Origin: Patellaria atrata CBS 101060
Lineage: Eukaryota
NCBI GenBank assembly: GCA_010093705.1
Contig: MU006106.1
Coordinates: 124,001-177,832, forward strand
Direction: 5' to 3'
DNA: 53,832 nucleotides
The notes under the pieces are model-generated. The model worked only from the letters and a program-made list of their open reading frames with translations, made no database searches and was not told the DNA's origin. Positions 1 through 11,104 of this stretch are shown here, piece after piece; positions within the stretch are counted from its first letter, which is position 1; every line of letters begins with the position of its first letter. The position numbers and the translations under genes are program-made.

Positions 1-3000
1 CCCGTTACCAAAGATTAGGGAAAACTCAATCTCAGAGGCACAGATGGTGTGACCTAAAGATCTCATTTGTGCTCGCCTCATCTCCTCGCTCCTTTTCCTC
101 CCTTGCTCTCTTTTCGGCTCTCCCGTCCAGGCTCATGTTTTCCTTGGAGTTGAAGTCTGCTGTTTTGTGTAAGCTGTAGACATCGATTAATCGATTCGTA
201 TGTCAAGTGATGGCGCTTCCCCATGTTCGGATTACATCCCAAAACTAGAAAGACAAAAGGTTAGTAAGACACCTTAGATAGTAGCCGAGGCAGCTTGATT
301 CTCGCTTGTTGACCTTTCTTGCAACTTCTGTTTCATTCAATATATCTACACTAAGGTCACCTTACGTCTTGTTGACGTTTACAGTCTACAGTAAGTAGAA
401 CTAGGTGGAACTGGTTCTAGTCTCTCCGGACAAATGAGATTTTCCGCCGAGAGTCTAAGGTAGCTCGACTTTAGAACGACCTCCAAACTTCAAACTCTTC
501 AAACCCTTCATAGACAATGGAAGACAAAATGTACGATACAGTACATACGATCACGAGTCCCAAAAGCTAGTGTTGCGCAAGCGTGAAGCATTTGAGCAAC
601 CCTTAAGCTAACTCGTTACCTAGACTACATCCCCTCGATCTCTCTTTCATCTTACAGCGTTGGGTTGTGGAGCAGGTTCCCGAATGTAACCTACCATTCT
701 ACGGTTCATAGAGATTGTGAACTTCAATCGTATCAAAGGTATTTTCTGTTTAAGGTAAAAAGCTCACAAGATAGTAAGACAACGGATTTCTTGGCTCTTA
801 TTCATAGACCAATCCTTTCGAGCGGGGAGAACAGAGCTTTTATAGCTAAGGTAAGGTACATGCCGACTGACCACTCCGATACTTCCTAGTTCCTACAGTC
901 TACTTAAGAATTTCAACAACTATAGACCCCCCTCTGAAAGATTAGAGGTTAAGGTACCTCCTATCTTCCATCACAAATCAGAAGCTTTCTCGTTAATCCC
1001 GAATCCAGTCTCACCCTATCGTCTGCGCCCAAGAGTCACCTGATTCAGACGCAGTGCTAAGGTAGTATCTAGCGTCTAGACGTTAACCGACAACACTCTT
1101 TTTTTTTCCAATTTTTTTTAGCGGTGACGTATGGGGTACACGCTCCGTGAATTCCCCAAGTTGCGGGTGTCATAACCGTCGTTAAGCTTGCAATTTAGGT
1201 TATGGTCCACTACGGCCCGGGAGATCACTGCTCTAGCCCGGCCAACCGTTCTCCTTTTGCATTAGCTGTGCCAGAAGTACCGTACAACACCTCTCTGCAA
1301 TGTCACACCACTATCATGCTGCTCTGGTCCCTCGAAACTTTGAATATGCCCTTGTCAACAAAGGTATTCAGAAAGGTTGTATACCCCCATTCTTCTTACG
1401 CTATTTCTCACATGAAAGATTTGGAACCCTCTGTCCTTTCCTTCCGAGAGACTTCAATCATTTCAATGTATGCTTTGGGGTCTGACAAAAGATACCTGAA
1501 ACTCGACAACAGCCCCGTGGATCAATAATTCAAATCATATGCTGATCGTTCAGGGGCTTTGAGAACCCCTCTGGTTCACTACGCAGTCGGATTATGAATG
1601 GTAACCAATTACCATAGAAAAGCTAAAACCTTACCTCGGCCACCCTATTTCAATCCACGCACTCCACTTCACCACCGTTGAATAATAGAAGGCTAAGAGG
1701 ACCTGCAGTAGTCTCCAGTATTCCGAACTGGTTCAGGCGGCGGATCTAGATGTGTCTGATCTTCGGACTTGGAGGATACAGCATTAGCCAAAGTTTATGC
1801 TTGATTGACAAGTATTTGAAATCTCCAAAGCTCTAAGTTGAGTTCCCTAGACATAGTTCGACTAGACTAACTACATTCGTGCTTATGGTTCACCATCAGG
1901 CACTTGTCCTAAGTTTTGAAACTTCTTCGGCAAGTAATATTTATGTATTTTGTCTAGAGGAGACCAACTTAGGGATAGTACTATAAACTTTATAGTTTAT
2001 TAAGACCACAAATTAAGGGCCAGGATCGACATACGCTTTGATTCTTCGGCCTATCGACCGTGGTTATACGTGCTGTAGCACCGGATTCAACCCGATGAAG
2101 AGAACTCTGTTCGAAGGGAGGATGGGTAGCTCAGGATCTCGTTATCCAAAGGACATATCCCTTCTATGTGTCTCACATTCGGGTATTATCTTGTATCATG
2201 CACTACGATCGCGGCATTTTGCAGGCCCCCTGAGAAAGAGGGGGAGAACTACCCTTCTTACAGAGCTGAATGTGTTTACAGTATGTTTCCTCATCTTCTA
2301 TCGGAATACGAAAGCAAGCATCAAATTCTTCTTCGTAAGCAACCTAGGAGCTGTAAGTGAGATAGAATGGACGTTCTCATATCTTAAGCAGCGGTACTTT
2401 ACTACTTCGAGATCTATGAGACTCTCCTATTTTCAAAACGACTGAGCTTCCCTTCAGAGACATTCTCTAGTTTAGAGAATATTTCTCTTGCAATTTGACA
2501 CTAGACCTCTTCTTTGTTTAATCACTTTCATCTTTCTCACTTCCCAAGTGGGTGGCTACGCTATTAAGAGTACGAAAAGCATAATATAAGTGACACTCAC
2601 AACACATGGCGATAACAGCAACCCCCATCCAAGTGAAGCGTAACATAGCATAAATCCCGCTTCACATTTCAATTGCTCCCTGTTCCAGAATCTCACCAAT
2701 CAAATAGTTGTAAAATGCATTAAACGAAATTTCAAAATGATATTCATTCCGATATCGTTCCTCATACGAACGCCTCACCTATATTCCCTACTATTATCGA
2801 GGTATAATACTAATCAGCTAAACCCATCCCTTTTCACAGTTTTAAAACGGTCTATATACCCCCCGTATCAAAAATATGAGCCAACACGCATTTCAACATC
2901 ACCCCAAGCAAACCCTTATATTGCCCCATATATTCACTATACACACTTAGGGCAAGCTCAAAAATCCCAAAATCCCTTATTATCCTTCAAAACCCCCACT

Positions 3001-3474
3001 GCAGCCCCACCTGACATCTTTCTCAACATTCCATCCCCTGCCATCTCCCCCAACATTTATATCACCCGAAATCGGTGGGAAGCGAAAAACACCTTCTTCC
3101 CCCCTTTTCACTGCAATCGGCGAACATCTCGATCCGCAACTCGCCTGCTTCGGTACCCGCAGAGTTGGGAGCAGCGTTGCAGAGAGCGGTGCGTCGGTTT
3201 GGGGCAAGCAAATACGACATCAGAGGTCTCAAAGTATACATATGAATCACTTTCACCGCAAACATACACACAATGTACGCTTTGCACTGTGTGTGACTGG
3301 TTAGGTTCGCAACCCACGCGCAAGGGGGCGGGACTGCACATAGGTTGTACAGTGCTGTACGACGGGGCTTCAGGGTCTGTCGGGGACACGCGGGTAGGTC
3401 GAGATCTTACAGCACGCGGGCGTTGGGCGGTGTGTTGTGCGACGTGGGTGTTTTGCGCCTCGTGATGACGATCC

Positions 3475-3491
3475 GGGTAGGGTAGGGAGGG
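3475..3491 (+). other. Canonical G-quadruplex motif GGGTAGGGTAGGGAGGG
   Basis: Four G3 tracts (3475-77, 3480-82, 3485-87, 3489-91) with 1-2 nt loops, read directly from the sequence. Confidence 0.7.
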
Positions 3492-3904
3492 AAGGAAGGG
3501 GGTGAAAATACCATCCAGGCGTTTGAGCTAAACTACCTCTATTATATTTTGCCTGGTCATTGTTGGGGCCAGACTATAGTGACCATGCAAATGCTTCCGT
3601 CGTAAAACAATGACAGCCTGTGGAAAGCTGTATCCACGCGTTTTCGCGTCCCAACGAAATCGACAACGCCTCAAAGTACACACTCAGCAGCATCCATCTC
3701 TCCCCCACATACACGAGCGGATGTTTTATGAGCAACCCATCCGGTACCCGCCGCACAAATGCACTGCACGCGCACCCGTCGTGCATACCTTATCTCGCAC
3801 CCGTTTCACGCGTCCGCCCCAAACGCAAAGCAACAAACGTAGGTCTCAGCAACCGGCAGTCGAGTCCCGGAGATTCCACCACATGGCGCGGCGGGCGGGA
3901 CAGC

Positions 3905-5560
3905 TCACTTCGCGACGGCGGCGCTGAGGACCTGGGTGCGGAAGAAGCCGCCCTTGGTGCGCTCGATGACCTGCTGGTAGACCGATTGCGGCGGGTGGTT
4001 CATCACGACGGTGCCCTCTTGATAGTCGATTTTGGCGTCGACGCGCGTGTCGCGGATCAGGTTGACGATCCACTTTTCGCCTTCATCCTGGGAGAGGCCG
4101 AGGCGGGTGGAGAGGTCTCTGATGGTGGGGTCGGTTAGATCGAGAAGGTTATGTGGGGGTTGATGTTAGAGAAAGGGGATGGGGACGGGAATCGCGGTAT
4201 GCAAATGGGGTGAGACAGCGGTTGGAGGTAGAGGGGGTTCGGGTGTAGAATGAATCGGGGGAGAAGAAAGATGAAGGGAACACGTACTTGATGTCTATCC
4301 TTTGGTGGATCTTGCAGTATGATTCCGAGATCAGATGTCTTGCTGAGTCCATGAAACCCTCTGTCGCAGATGCGAGAAAGAAGTCGTTCTCGAGGATCTG
4401 CTGCGCTTCACCAAGCTTCTTTTGTGCTTCCTCGAAGTCGAAATCGATGTAGAGAGCTTTGATAAAGTCGGTGACGGGATCTGAGTACTCGTAACCTTCC
4501 TGTTTGACGATTCGTACGAGGTCTTTCAACTGCTTTTGATATTGATTTGAATTCCTACTCCTGCCTCTGTTCGTGATCACGGCGCTAGCTAGATATCTCA
4601 ATATCCAAGGACAGCTCGTTTGAATAGTGTTGATATAAGATGGAGAGAAAAAGAGTTCGGTGAGAGTATCGCGCGCAGGCTCATAGTTGAAGAAGGGGAA
4701 GAGAGACCAGTGGATGAGCCAGGTCCTGTGTTGGAGCTGGGCTAAGGGGTTGTTGAATAAACGTGTGTCAATCTGTTCCTTGACCTTTTGCACTTCCTCC
4801 ATCACCGTTTCCCATTTGGCCGCCTCTTCCGCTTCATTACTTGCCCCTCTTAGTATTTCGCAAGCCAACTTTCCCCAGGTTGCTGCAGCTACTTTGTCAT
4901 TATCTGTGGACTGAAGATGATAGGGTTAGCCTTTGAGCCAAGAAACCATAAATAAAGTCCTGGGCTTGAGGGCTTGAAAGACCTATAGGACTGGAATCTG
5001 AAATTCCTCCACCAGTATTACTTAAATCTTAGATTTTGGATTCGACTTACCAATACTCTGAAGCGGTATAATAGATCTGCTGCATGAGCATATCCACCTC
5101 GACTGTACTGAAAGTTCCCAAAATCATACAGTGCACTGATCATCTCCGCCGTAACTCCATGGTTCTCCTTGAGGTAGTTGAAGTTGGCCACTTTGTCACT
5201 ACGTAGATTGTTGACAACCTCTTCTTCATCTAATAGACCAATTATTTTCTCCGTCTCCTCGAGATACTGCTCAAATCGCTGTGTCACCTCTTCTTGCTTC
5301 TTCTGATACTCAGGCGCAATATCGTCCAATCCGTTGATCTTTGCGTGTAAGTCGCCAAGGTACTCTATCATGTTTGTCGTCTTTAAAAGTTCATATTGAG
5401 TCTTTAGGTCGTCTTCGGAGAGCTCCTCATCGCCGTCAACCAGAAATGTGAGAAGTGGAAATACTAAATGTCGATCGAGGTGGGGGATGAGTTTTGGTAA
5501 TAGATCGTATTGCTTCGCAACATCGTCTAATGAGGCCTCTGATGCACCGTTGGTCGTCAT
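3905..5560 (-). CDS. INT6: Eukaryotic translation initiation factor 3 subunit E (INT6), 3 exons: 5560-5051, 4910-4288, 4118-3905
   Basis: Spliced translation MTTNGAS...[20 protein letters not shown]...[15 protein letters not shown]...[28 protein letters not shown]...[18 protein letters not shown]...[11 protein letters not shown]. These are typical eIF3e N-terminal and PCI motifs. Both introns are GT-AG with CTAAC branch points. Confidence 0.96.
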
Positions 5561-5834
5561 GATTAACGTATCAAATACCAGAAAGCAACAGATACCGGGA
5601 TACTTTGTGGGTTGGTGTTGCAGTCTGGATAACTTTGTCGCTGCTGATTGTCGTTGTGTGGTTGCGGGCAAAATGTTCGCTAAACTTTTTGGCCTCAACT
5701 TCGCGATGAACTTTAAACCGACGATCTATGACCGCGTTCTTTTTCGCACCCTTCATAGCTTTCCATTTGCAGCATTATTCTTTTCCTAACCTCACTCAAT
5801 TGATTGATCATCTTCAAATAGAGATTTGATCAAT

Positions 5835-6438
5835 ATGGCGGTCCCATCCCCACTTCTCGCTTTCCTTCGACCCCTTGGCCTCCCTTGTTCAGCAACAGTT
5901 CGTCATTTCTTGCGTTTCTCCCAGAATACCAGGTCCAGCGTTGAAGGTTAGATATTTCGTCACATATTGTCCTGTTGAAGTCAGAAATGCTCAATCGCTC
6001 TTAGGGGCTGTTCCGCGAGAGTCCATTTCCGTTTCCGCTACCGTACCCGTTCCTTCATTAGCTTCGACATCAACATCCAATTCTCCACCTACCAAGGTGC
6101 CTAAAGCACCCTCACCAAGCGAGGCCTTCGAGTCTCAATCTCAATCTGGCTTAAAACCTACAGTAACTACGCCCACACAAATCATGCTCCCGTACCACAT
6201 CTCGAGGACGCCGAGTGCACAATTACCTTTTTATCTCCTCCGGAAAAGAGGCGGAAACCTACACCAGACCCGCGTCAAAGGAATTGCGGGTGATATCAAT
6301 GTATTGAGAACGGATATACAAAGGTTCTTAAACTTACCTGAGAAGGAGGTCACAATCAACAGGACGACCAATCACATAATCTGCAAAGGGCATTGGAGGT
6401 CGCAGTTGACAGAGTGGGCGAAACAACGGGGCTTTTGA
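5835..6438 (+). CDS. IMG2: Mitochondrial large ribosomal subunit protein mL49 (Img2), exons 5835-5946 and 6005-6438
   Basis: ATG 5835 gives an Arg/Leu-rich presequence (MAVPSPLLAFLRPL...VRHFLRFS). A 58-nt GT-AG intron joins it in frame to LPYHISRTPSAQLPFY...GGNLHQTRVKGIAGDI...HIICKGH...RGF*, the Img2 domain. Confidence 0.9.
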
Positions 6439-6747
6439 GGATTTCCTGCTCAGTGAAGCAAGAATAGATTTGGCGGCGGATCTGTGTCATATAGGTGGGA
6501 ATCATATGCATAAATGTAAAACAGTAACAACGACCTAAGTAACCATGGTTACCTTGTGTATTACTTATCACATACGTAGTAGGAGCTTTGGGAGTTGCTT
6601 GTGGTCAGGAAGCTACGCGTATTGATGATCAAGTTCAAGAATTCGCATCTAGTTTTCTTCAAATATTAATTCAGTTGAAACACTACGTTCGATCGAATTT
6701 TTTGATATACATACTACGACAGAGTTTTCCCTTACAGACTTTATGCA

Positions 6748-7353
6748 ATGCTTCCGTCATCGCCAACGTCACTGGAACTAATACGGATAAAGCCATAGTA
6801 TAGCAACCCGTCCCTTCTCAAACGATGGATACTGATTATATGTAGCATTCAAAACATCAGTGATCTCCTGTTGTCATGGACTCCTCCTCCACCCCTACCC
6901 TCCGAGGAGACAGATAGCGATTATGACCAAACTTATAGCGAAGAGTACTGGCTCACTCGAGCTCTCGCCGCGGAAATAGGCATTCCTCACCCTATATCAT
7001 CGATGCTGGACCCTAAACAGTTTCAAGCAAGTAGAAGTGTGGAGGAGCTCGTGCCATATTCCGACAACCTACTTTCCCTAGGCTCACGAAGATACGCGGA
7101 GCTTTACTGGATCTGGCATTGGGTGATCCAGAGGGACAGAAGCTTGGAATCAACCTCGGAAAACGATTCATTCGCTCGAGGAGTAGGATGCAACAGTGAA
7201 ATAGACATTATCAGTTCCTCCGCTAAACAGCGTAAGACCGTCGGCGCCCCCCAAATATGGTTCATGCTTGCAATAAAAGCGCGAGCTCGACAAATTGAAA
7301 ATGGTTCCACTCAGAGACACAAAGGGTCGCAGTGGAGTGGCTCCACGTCTTGA
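6748..7353 (+). CDS. Hypothetical protein (~185 aa), putative exons 6748-6797 and 6846-7353
   Basis: The 160-codon open frame 6871-7353 is joined in frame to ATG 6748 by a 48-nt GTATAG...ACTGAT...TAG intron. No family recognised. Confidence 0.4.
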
Positions 7354-7591
7354 GGTTATGAGTAACCTATTATTCGGTTTCAAGCAGTTAGAAGGTTTTA
7401 GCTAGGCCCCATTGTGTGTTTTTACTCCCTGAGATTCTGTATTCATCGCCATTCTCGGTGAGAAATAGAGTCGTATCTCCCGAATCCTTTTAGTACTCCT
7501 ATTGTACAGTACATTTGCAATGCGAACTTCTTATGGGTGTTCCGAAAGATGATAGAAACGACACCATATAAGCCATCCTAGCATACTAGGA

Positions 7592-8048
7592 TCAAGAAAG
7601 TCGAATAAATCCCTTCCATTTATTTAGCCAACTACCAAACGATGTTCTTTTGGGCGCTTGGTCAAGCTCTTGAATTAGGTTCTCATAATGTTTTGGACTG
7701 GACTTTGGTTTAAAGAAGGCTTCTGTTGTAGGGTACTAGAAGCGTGGTCAATCACGCAGGGTAAAAGCCCGTCGTCTCCAACACAACATACCTTCTGACT
7801 ATACCGGTTCCCCAACAGGGAATATAGCGCTTTAATGTTTTTCAACTCTCTTGCTTCGTCTATAAAAGGCGACCGGGTTGTTTTATTTGCGCGAGCTTTC
7901 AGGGTGTCCGCTAGGTTCACGGTAGGTCGTAGTGGATCTTTCGGCCATTGCGAAATTAAACGAGCATAATGTCTGGCAACTTGCTACAGAATAGTCAGCC
8001 ATCGGCCTGCATTTCTAAAGACAAAAAACATCAACTTACTGAGGACAT
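7592..8048 (-). CDS. CBP6: Mitochondrial cytochrome b translation/assembly factor Cbp6 (UQCC2 family), 114 aa, exons 8048-8040, 7983-7792, 7735-7592
   Basis: Spliced product MSS|QVARHYARLISQWPKDPLRP...ELKNIKALYSLLGNRYSQK|YPTTEAFFKPKSSPKHYENLIQELDQAPKR...GFIRLS*. WPxDxLRP and NRY..KYP...PxSxPxYY-like motifs fit Cbp6. Both introns are canonical and phase 0. Confidence 0.88.
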
Positions 8049-8220
8049 TGCGTTGTGATATATATAAGAGCAAAAGGCTGGAGCTGTGAGCCCTTCTAAT
8101 AAGATGTCTCGAGGATGTACATTGATGATAGTTATGTATTGCCTCAAAAGGCTTAGCGCTATCAAGATACGGATCTAATCTTATCAGATCTTTACAAGCG
8201 CTTTGAACTGCTGCGCCACC

Positions 8221-8241
8221 GGAAAGTGGAAAGTGGAAAGT
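8221..8241 (+). repeat. (GGAAAGT)x3 tandem repeat in the CBP6/BSD2 divergent promoter
   Basis: ggaaagt ggaaagt ggaaagt read directly. Confidence 0.8.
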
Positions 8242-8434
8242 GGTGGAAAATCATTGGCAAAGCCGCCCCATCCGTCTCATCACTCACCTGCACCTGAAGC
8301 GTCTCACCAACTCATCGTCCGCTCCCCTTTATACCAAGACCTACTCTTGTCCTTTACTTCCCTTCCTCTCCACCTTTGCTTTTCTTTTCCTTTGTTACTT
8401 TCAATACATCTATATTCATAGAAAGTTGCTCGCC

Positions 8435-9626
8435 ATGAGCCCGCAGCAGTACGAGCGGGTAGGTCGTTCTTGATTGCCCCCTCTCCTCGTCAGCCGACCT
8501 AACGTGGTGTTCGCATCCAGGTATCAAACAACGATGAAGACTCTCCAATAAGTCCACAGTTATCGTATCAACAACAACCCATTCCAAGCTCTCCTCCACC
8601 CTCATTCCGATCTCGCGCTTCATCACCTACTAGCCGTCATCTTCTGTCCGAGGACCCTCTCTCAGCCGATTCCGATCGCACACTAGCCGACACTTTCGAT
8701 TCTCCCTCCGATGATGAAGGATCAGATGATGAAAGAGAAGGTGATGACAGGCAACGGCTGATGAGGGCTAATACTCAGGATCGAGAAAATGAAAATAATA
8801 GTAATGCGACGCAGGAACCTGCTCGGCCAGGGGCAGTGGAGAGAAGGGTCACACAGTTACCTGTGTTCGCTCCCTCAACAACTTCGACAAGTGGAAGAGT
8901 CTATGGTGGCGGAGGCATGGCGCATGATGGTGTTTTCGCAAATCTGAGTGCTAAACCTTCGCGGGGAGAAGAGCTTGAGGAAAAGCCTCCGGTCCGTTTA
9001 TTATCTCCCTTTCACATCTACGGGCGACATCTACTAACATATAATGACAGACTTACGAACAAGCTGCCGCAGACGCTACACCTCCTTACTGGGAAACAAC
9101 CATTCTGGCTCCTGGCATGGTTTCGGATGAAGTATTCGTGGATGGCCTCCCCGTCGGTTCCATGTTCAGCTTCGTTTGGAACGCCGTAATCTCGATGTCG
9201 TTCCAACTAGTTGGATTCCTACTCACCTACCTCCTCCACACCACACACGCCGCAAAGAATGGCTCCCGAGCTGGTCTAGGTATCACTCTAATTCAGTACG
9301 GATTCTCCATGAAAGGCGCCGCCGGTCTAGACGATGGCCCATTAGCAGGTCCAAATGATGATTTCAGTGGTGCTCCTCCAGACCCAAATAGCCACGATTT
9401 CGACCCTAATACCGTTGCGCCTGATGATAGCCGGGTTCACATGGCTTTATCTAGCAGTGATTGGATTGCTTACATGCTTATGATCGTCGGTTGGTTTATC
9501 CTTATAAGGTCGGTCAGCGATTTCTTGCGTGCGAGACGACATGAGCAGCTTGTACTTCAAAGTCCCGAACGAGGGTTGCCAGTTCCGATTATCGCTGAAG
9601 GGGAAAGGCCGGATCAGAGTGTATAG
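8435..9626 (+). CDS. BSD2: Metal homeostasis protein Bsd2 (Rsp5 adaptor, NDFIP family), exons 8435-8458, 8521-8991, 9051-9626
   Basis: DGVFANLSAKP...EKPP|TYEQAAADATPPYWETTI (PY motifs), DGLPVGS.FSF.WN..ISMSFQLVGFLLTYLLHTTHAAKNGSRAGLGITLIQYG, followed by TM segments. Confidence 0.93.
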
Positions 9627-11104
9627 TTCTCGTACTTCCTTTGTATTGCACTTACTCCGGCACTTCCGGACACGTTGGATATCAAACGATGGATTGGGTG
9701 GCTGGCGTAATTTAGTTTTACGGACTTCTCATCTGTACGTTATTAAGGTGCTGCATCGTGTAAAGTTGCACCTCTCCGAATCAATCTTACAGATTCAGCC
9801 TGGTATGAGTTGACATGGCCAGTTTCGTGTACCAATTCAAGCTTCCCCAGCCACTATTAGGTTGAAAAGTTACAGGTTGTCGAGATATGCTCAATGCAGG
9901 TCGAACCTAAATACGGCGATGCTTTCCTTCTTCAGGTAATAAAACCTTCTCCATGCATCTAAAAGGGTCACTGCTCGCTTCTGTTCTTGATCCAAGTTGG
10001 AATTAAATATCCGTCCTTGGTGCCTTGTGGCTCGGTTTAGCCATAGTCAACTGCTGCTGGTTCTCTCAGCCTAACAGTCCAAGTGTCAGAAATGATTTCC
10101 CTTTTTTCTTCACAGACGTTATAGTAACCCGTATGATATATAAATCGCTGAAATAAGCTTGTTCGTTAGTATCATCTTTAAAGACAGCTGAAAAACATTT
10201 AAGAAAACGAAATGGTTACAGGCTCCCCTGTTGGTATAGCAGCGGTATAGAGCTGCTTGACATGATAGAAATAATGGTCTCTCCACGGTGCAAGCCCAGT
10301 TCTCTGGGTCGTGCTCCTACTCAGCCTCAGCAGACAACTTATATGGCGGTATTGTTGGCGTTTGGGGCTGAAGGGCGCAGCATGGTGGTCGGAACCAATT
10401 TGAGACTTAGGTTCTCAAGAGTATTCGTAGATATGTATGGAGAGGCATCCAAAATGTTGTCATGATTCAAATAAGACACAACATTGATCTCCGTTTCCCA
10501 TGTCATAGGTAGACAGAAACTAACTACTAGTTCAAAAGACCCCATCTCCTGCCAGGTACTCCCGAAACGTGAGAAGACTTGCCAAGAGAGCTTGTAATTC
10601 ACATTCAGAGAAAACAATTCCCGCAGACCGCGGGTCAGGCGTAAGGTAGACGAGACCTGGAGCATCATCTATATTCTTATGAGACACTTCGTAAGCTTCA
10701 GGCATCTCGCAAGTCGAACCAACTCTTGCGATACTCAGGTGTGGGTAACAACAACATCCGTGACATTAGGTTATAGGAGTTACTGACATTGCTATAGTTA
10801 GACCTGAGATAACTGTATTGTATATCTGTACTGTACATATCAACCCCTTTTATAAGAATAGTTCTATCGGATTGAGCGGCTCAAAGTGGGATATCCCCCA
10901 GCTCAACGCCAAGAAGTGGTACGTCGATTCCATCCCTCTTCCAGGTCTCAAGATACCTTTGCCATAACTTCTTCATGACAGCTTCGCACTTCTTTCACTG
11001 TCTGTTATCGCCGGCTCCAGAGTCCCGAGTATTATTTAGGGATAACGGCTAGTACTATAAGCTAACGTTTTATCTCTTTTACCAGTCGTATCGAGTAACC
11101 CATC

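Noticed and set aside
1080..1100. ACGTTAACCGACAAC resembling a pogo/Fot1 terminal inverted repeat
   Set aside because: No TA target site next to it and no inverted partner seen in the window.
3357..3373. ACGGGGCTT resembling RNase MRP CR-V, and GAAATCGGTG at ~3068 resembling RNase P CR-I
   Set aside because: The complementary P4 partner strands were not found for either motif.
2737..3465. 242-aa ORF on the + strand
   Set aside because: Low-complexity composition mirrors the local base skew, with no domain motifs or consistent codon bias; probably spurious.
3566..3580. GGGCCAGACTA similarity to fungal 5S rRNA
   Set aside because: The flanking sequence does not match 5S rRNA.
4921..4930. CTAACCCTA on the minus strand resembling a telomerase template
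   Set aside because: It coincides with the GCTAAC branch point of eIF3e intron 1.
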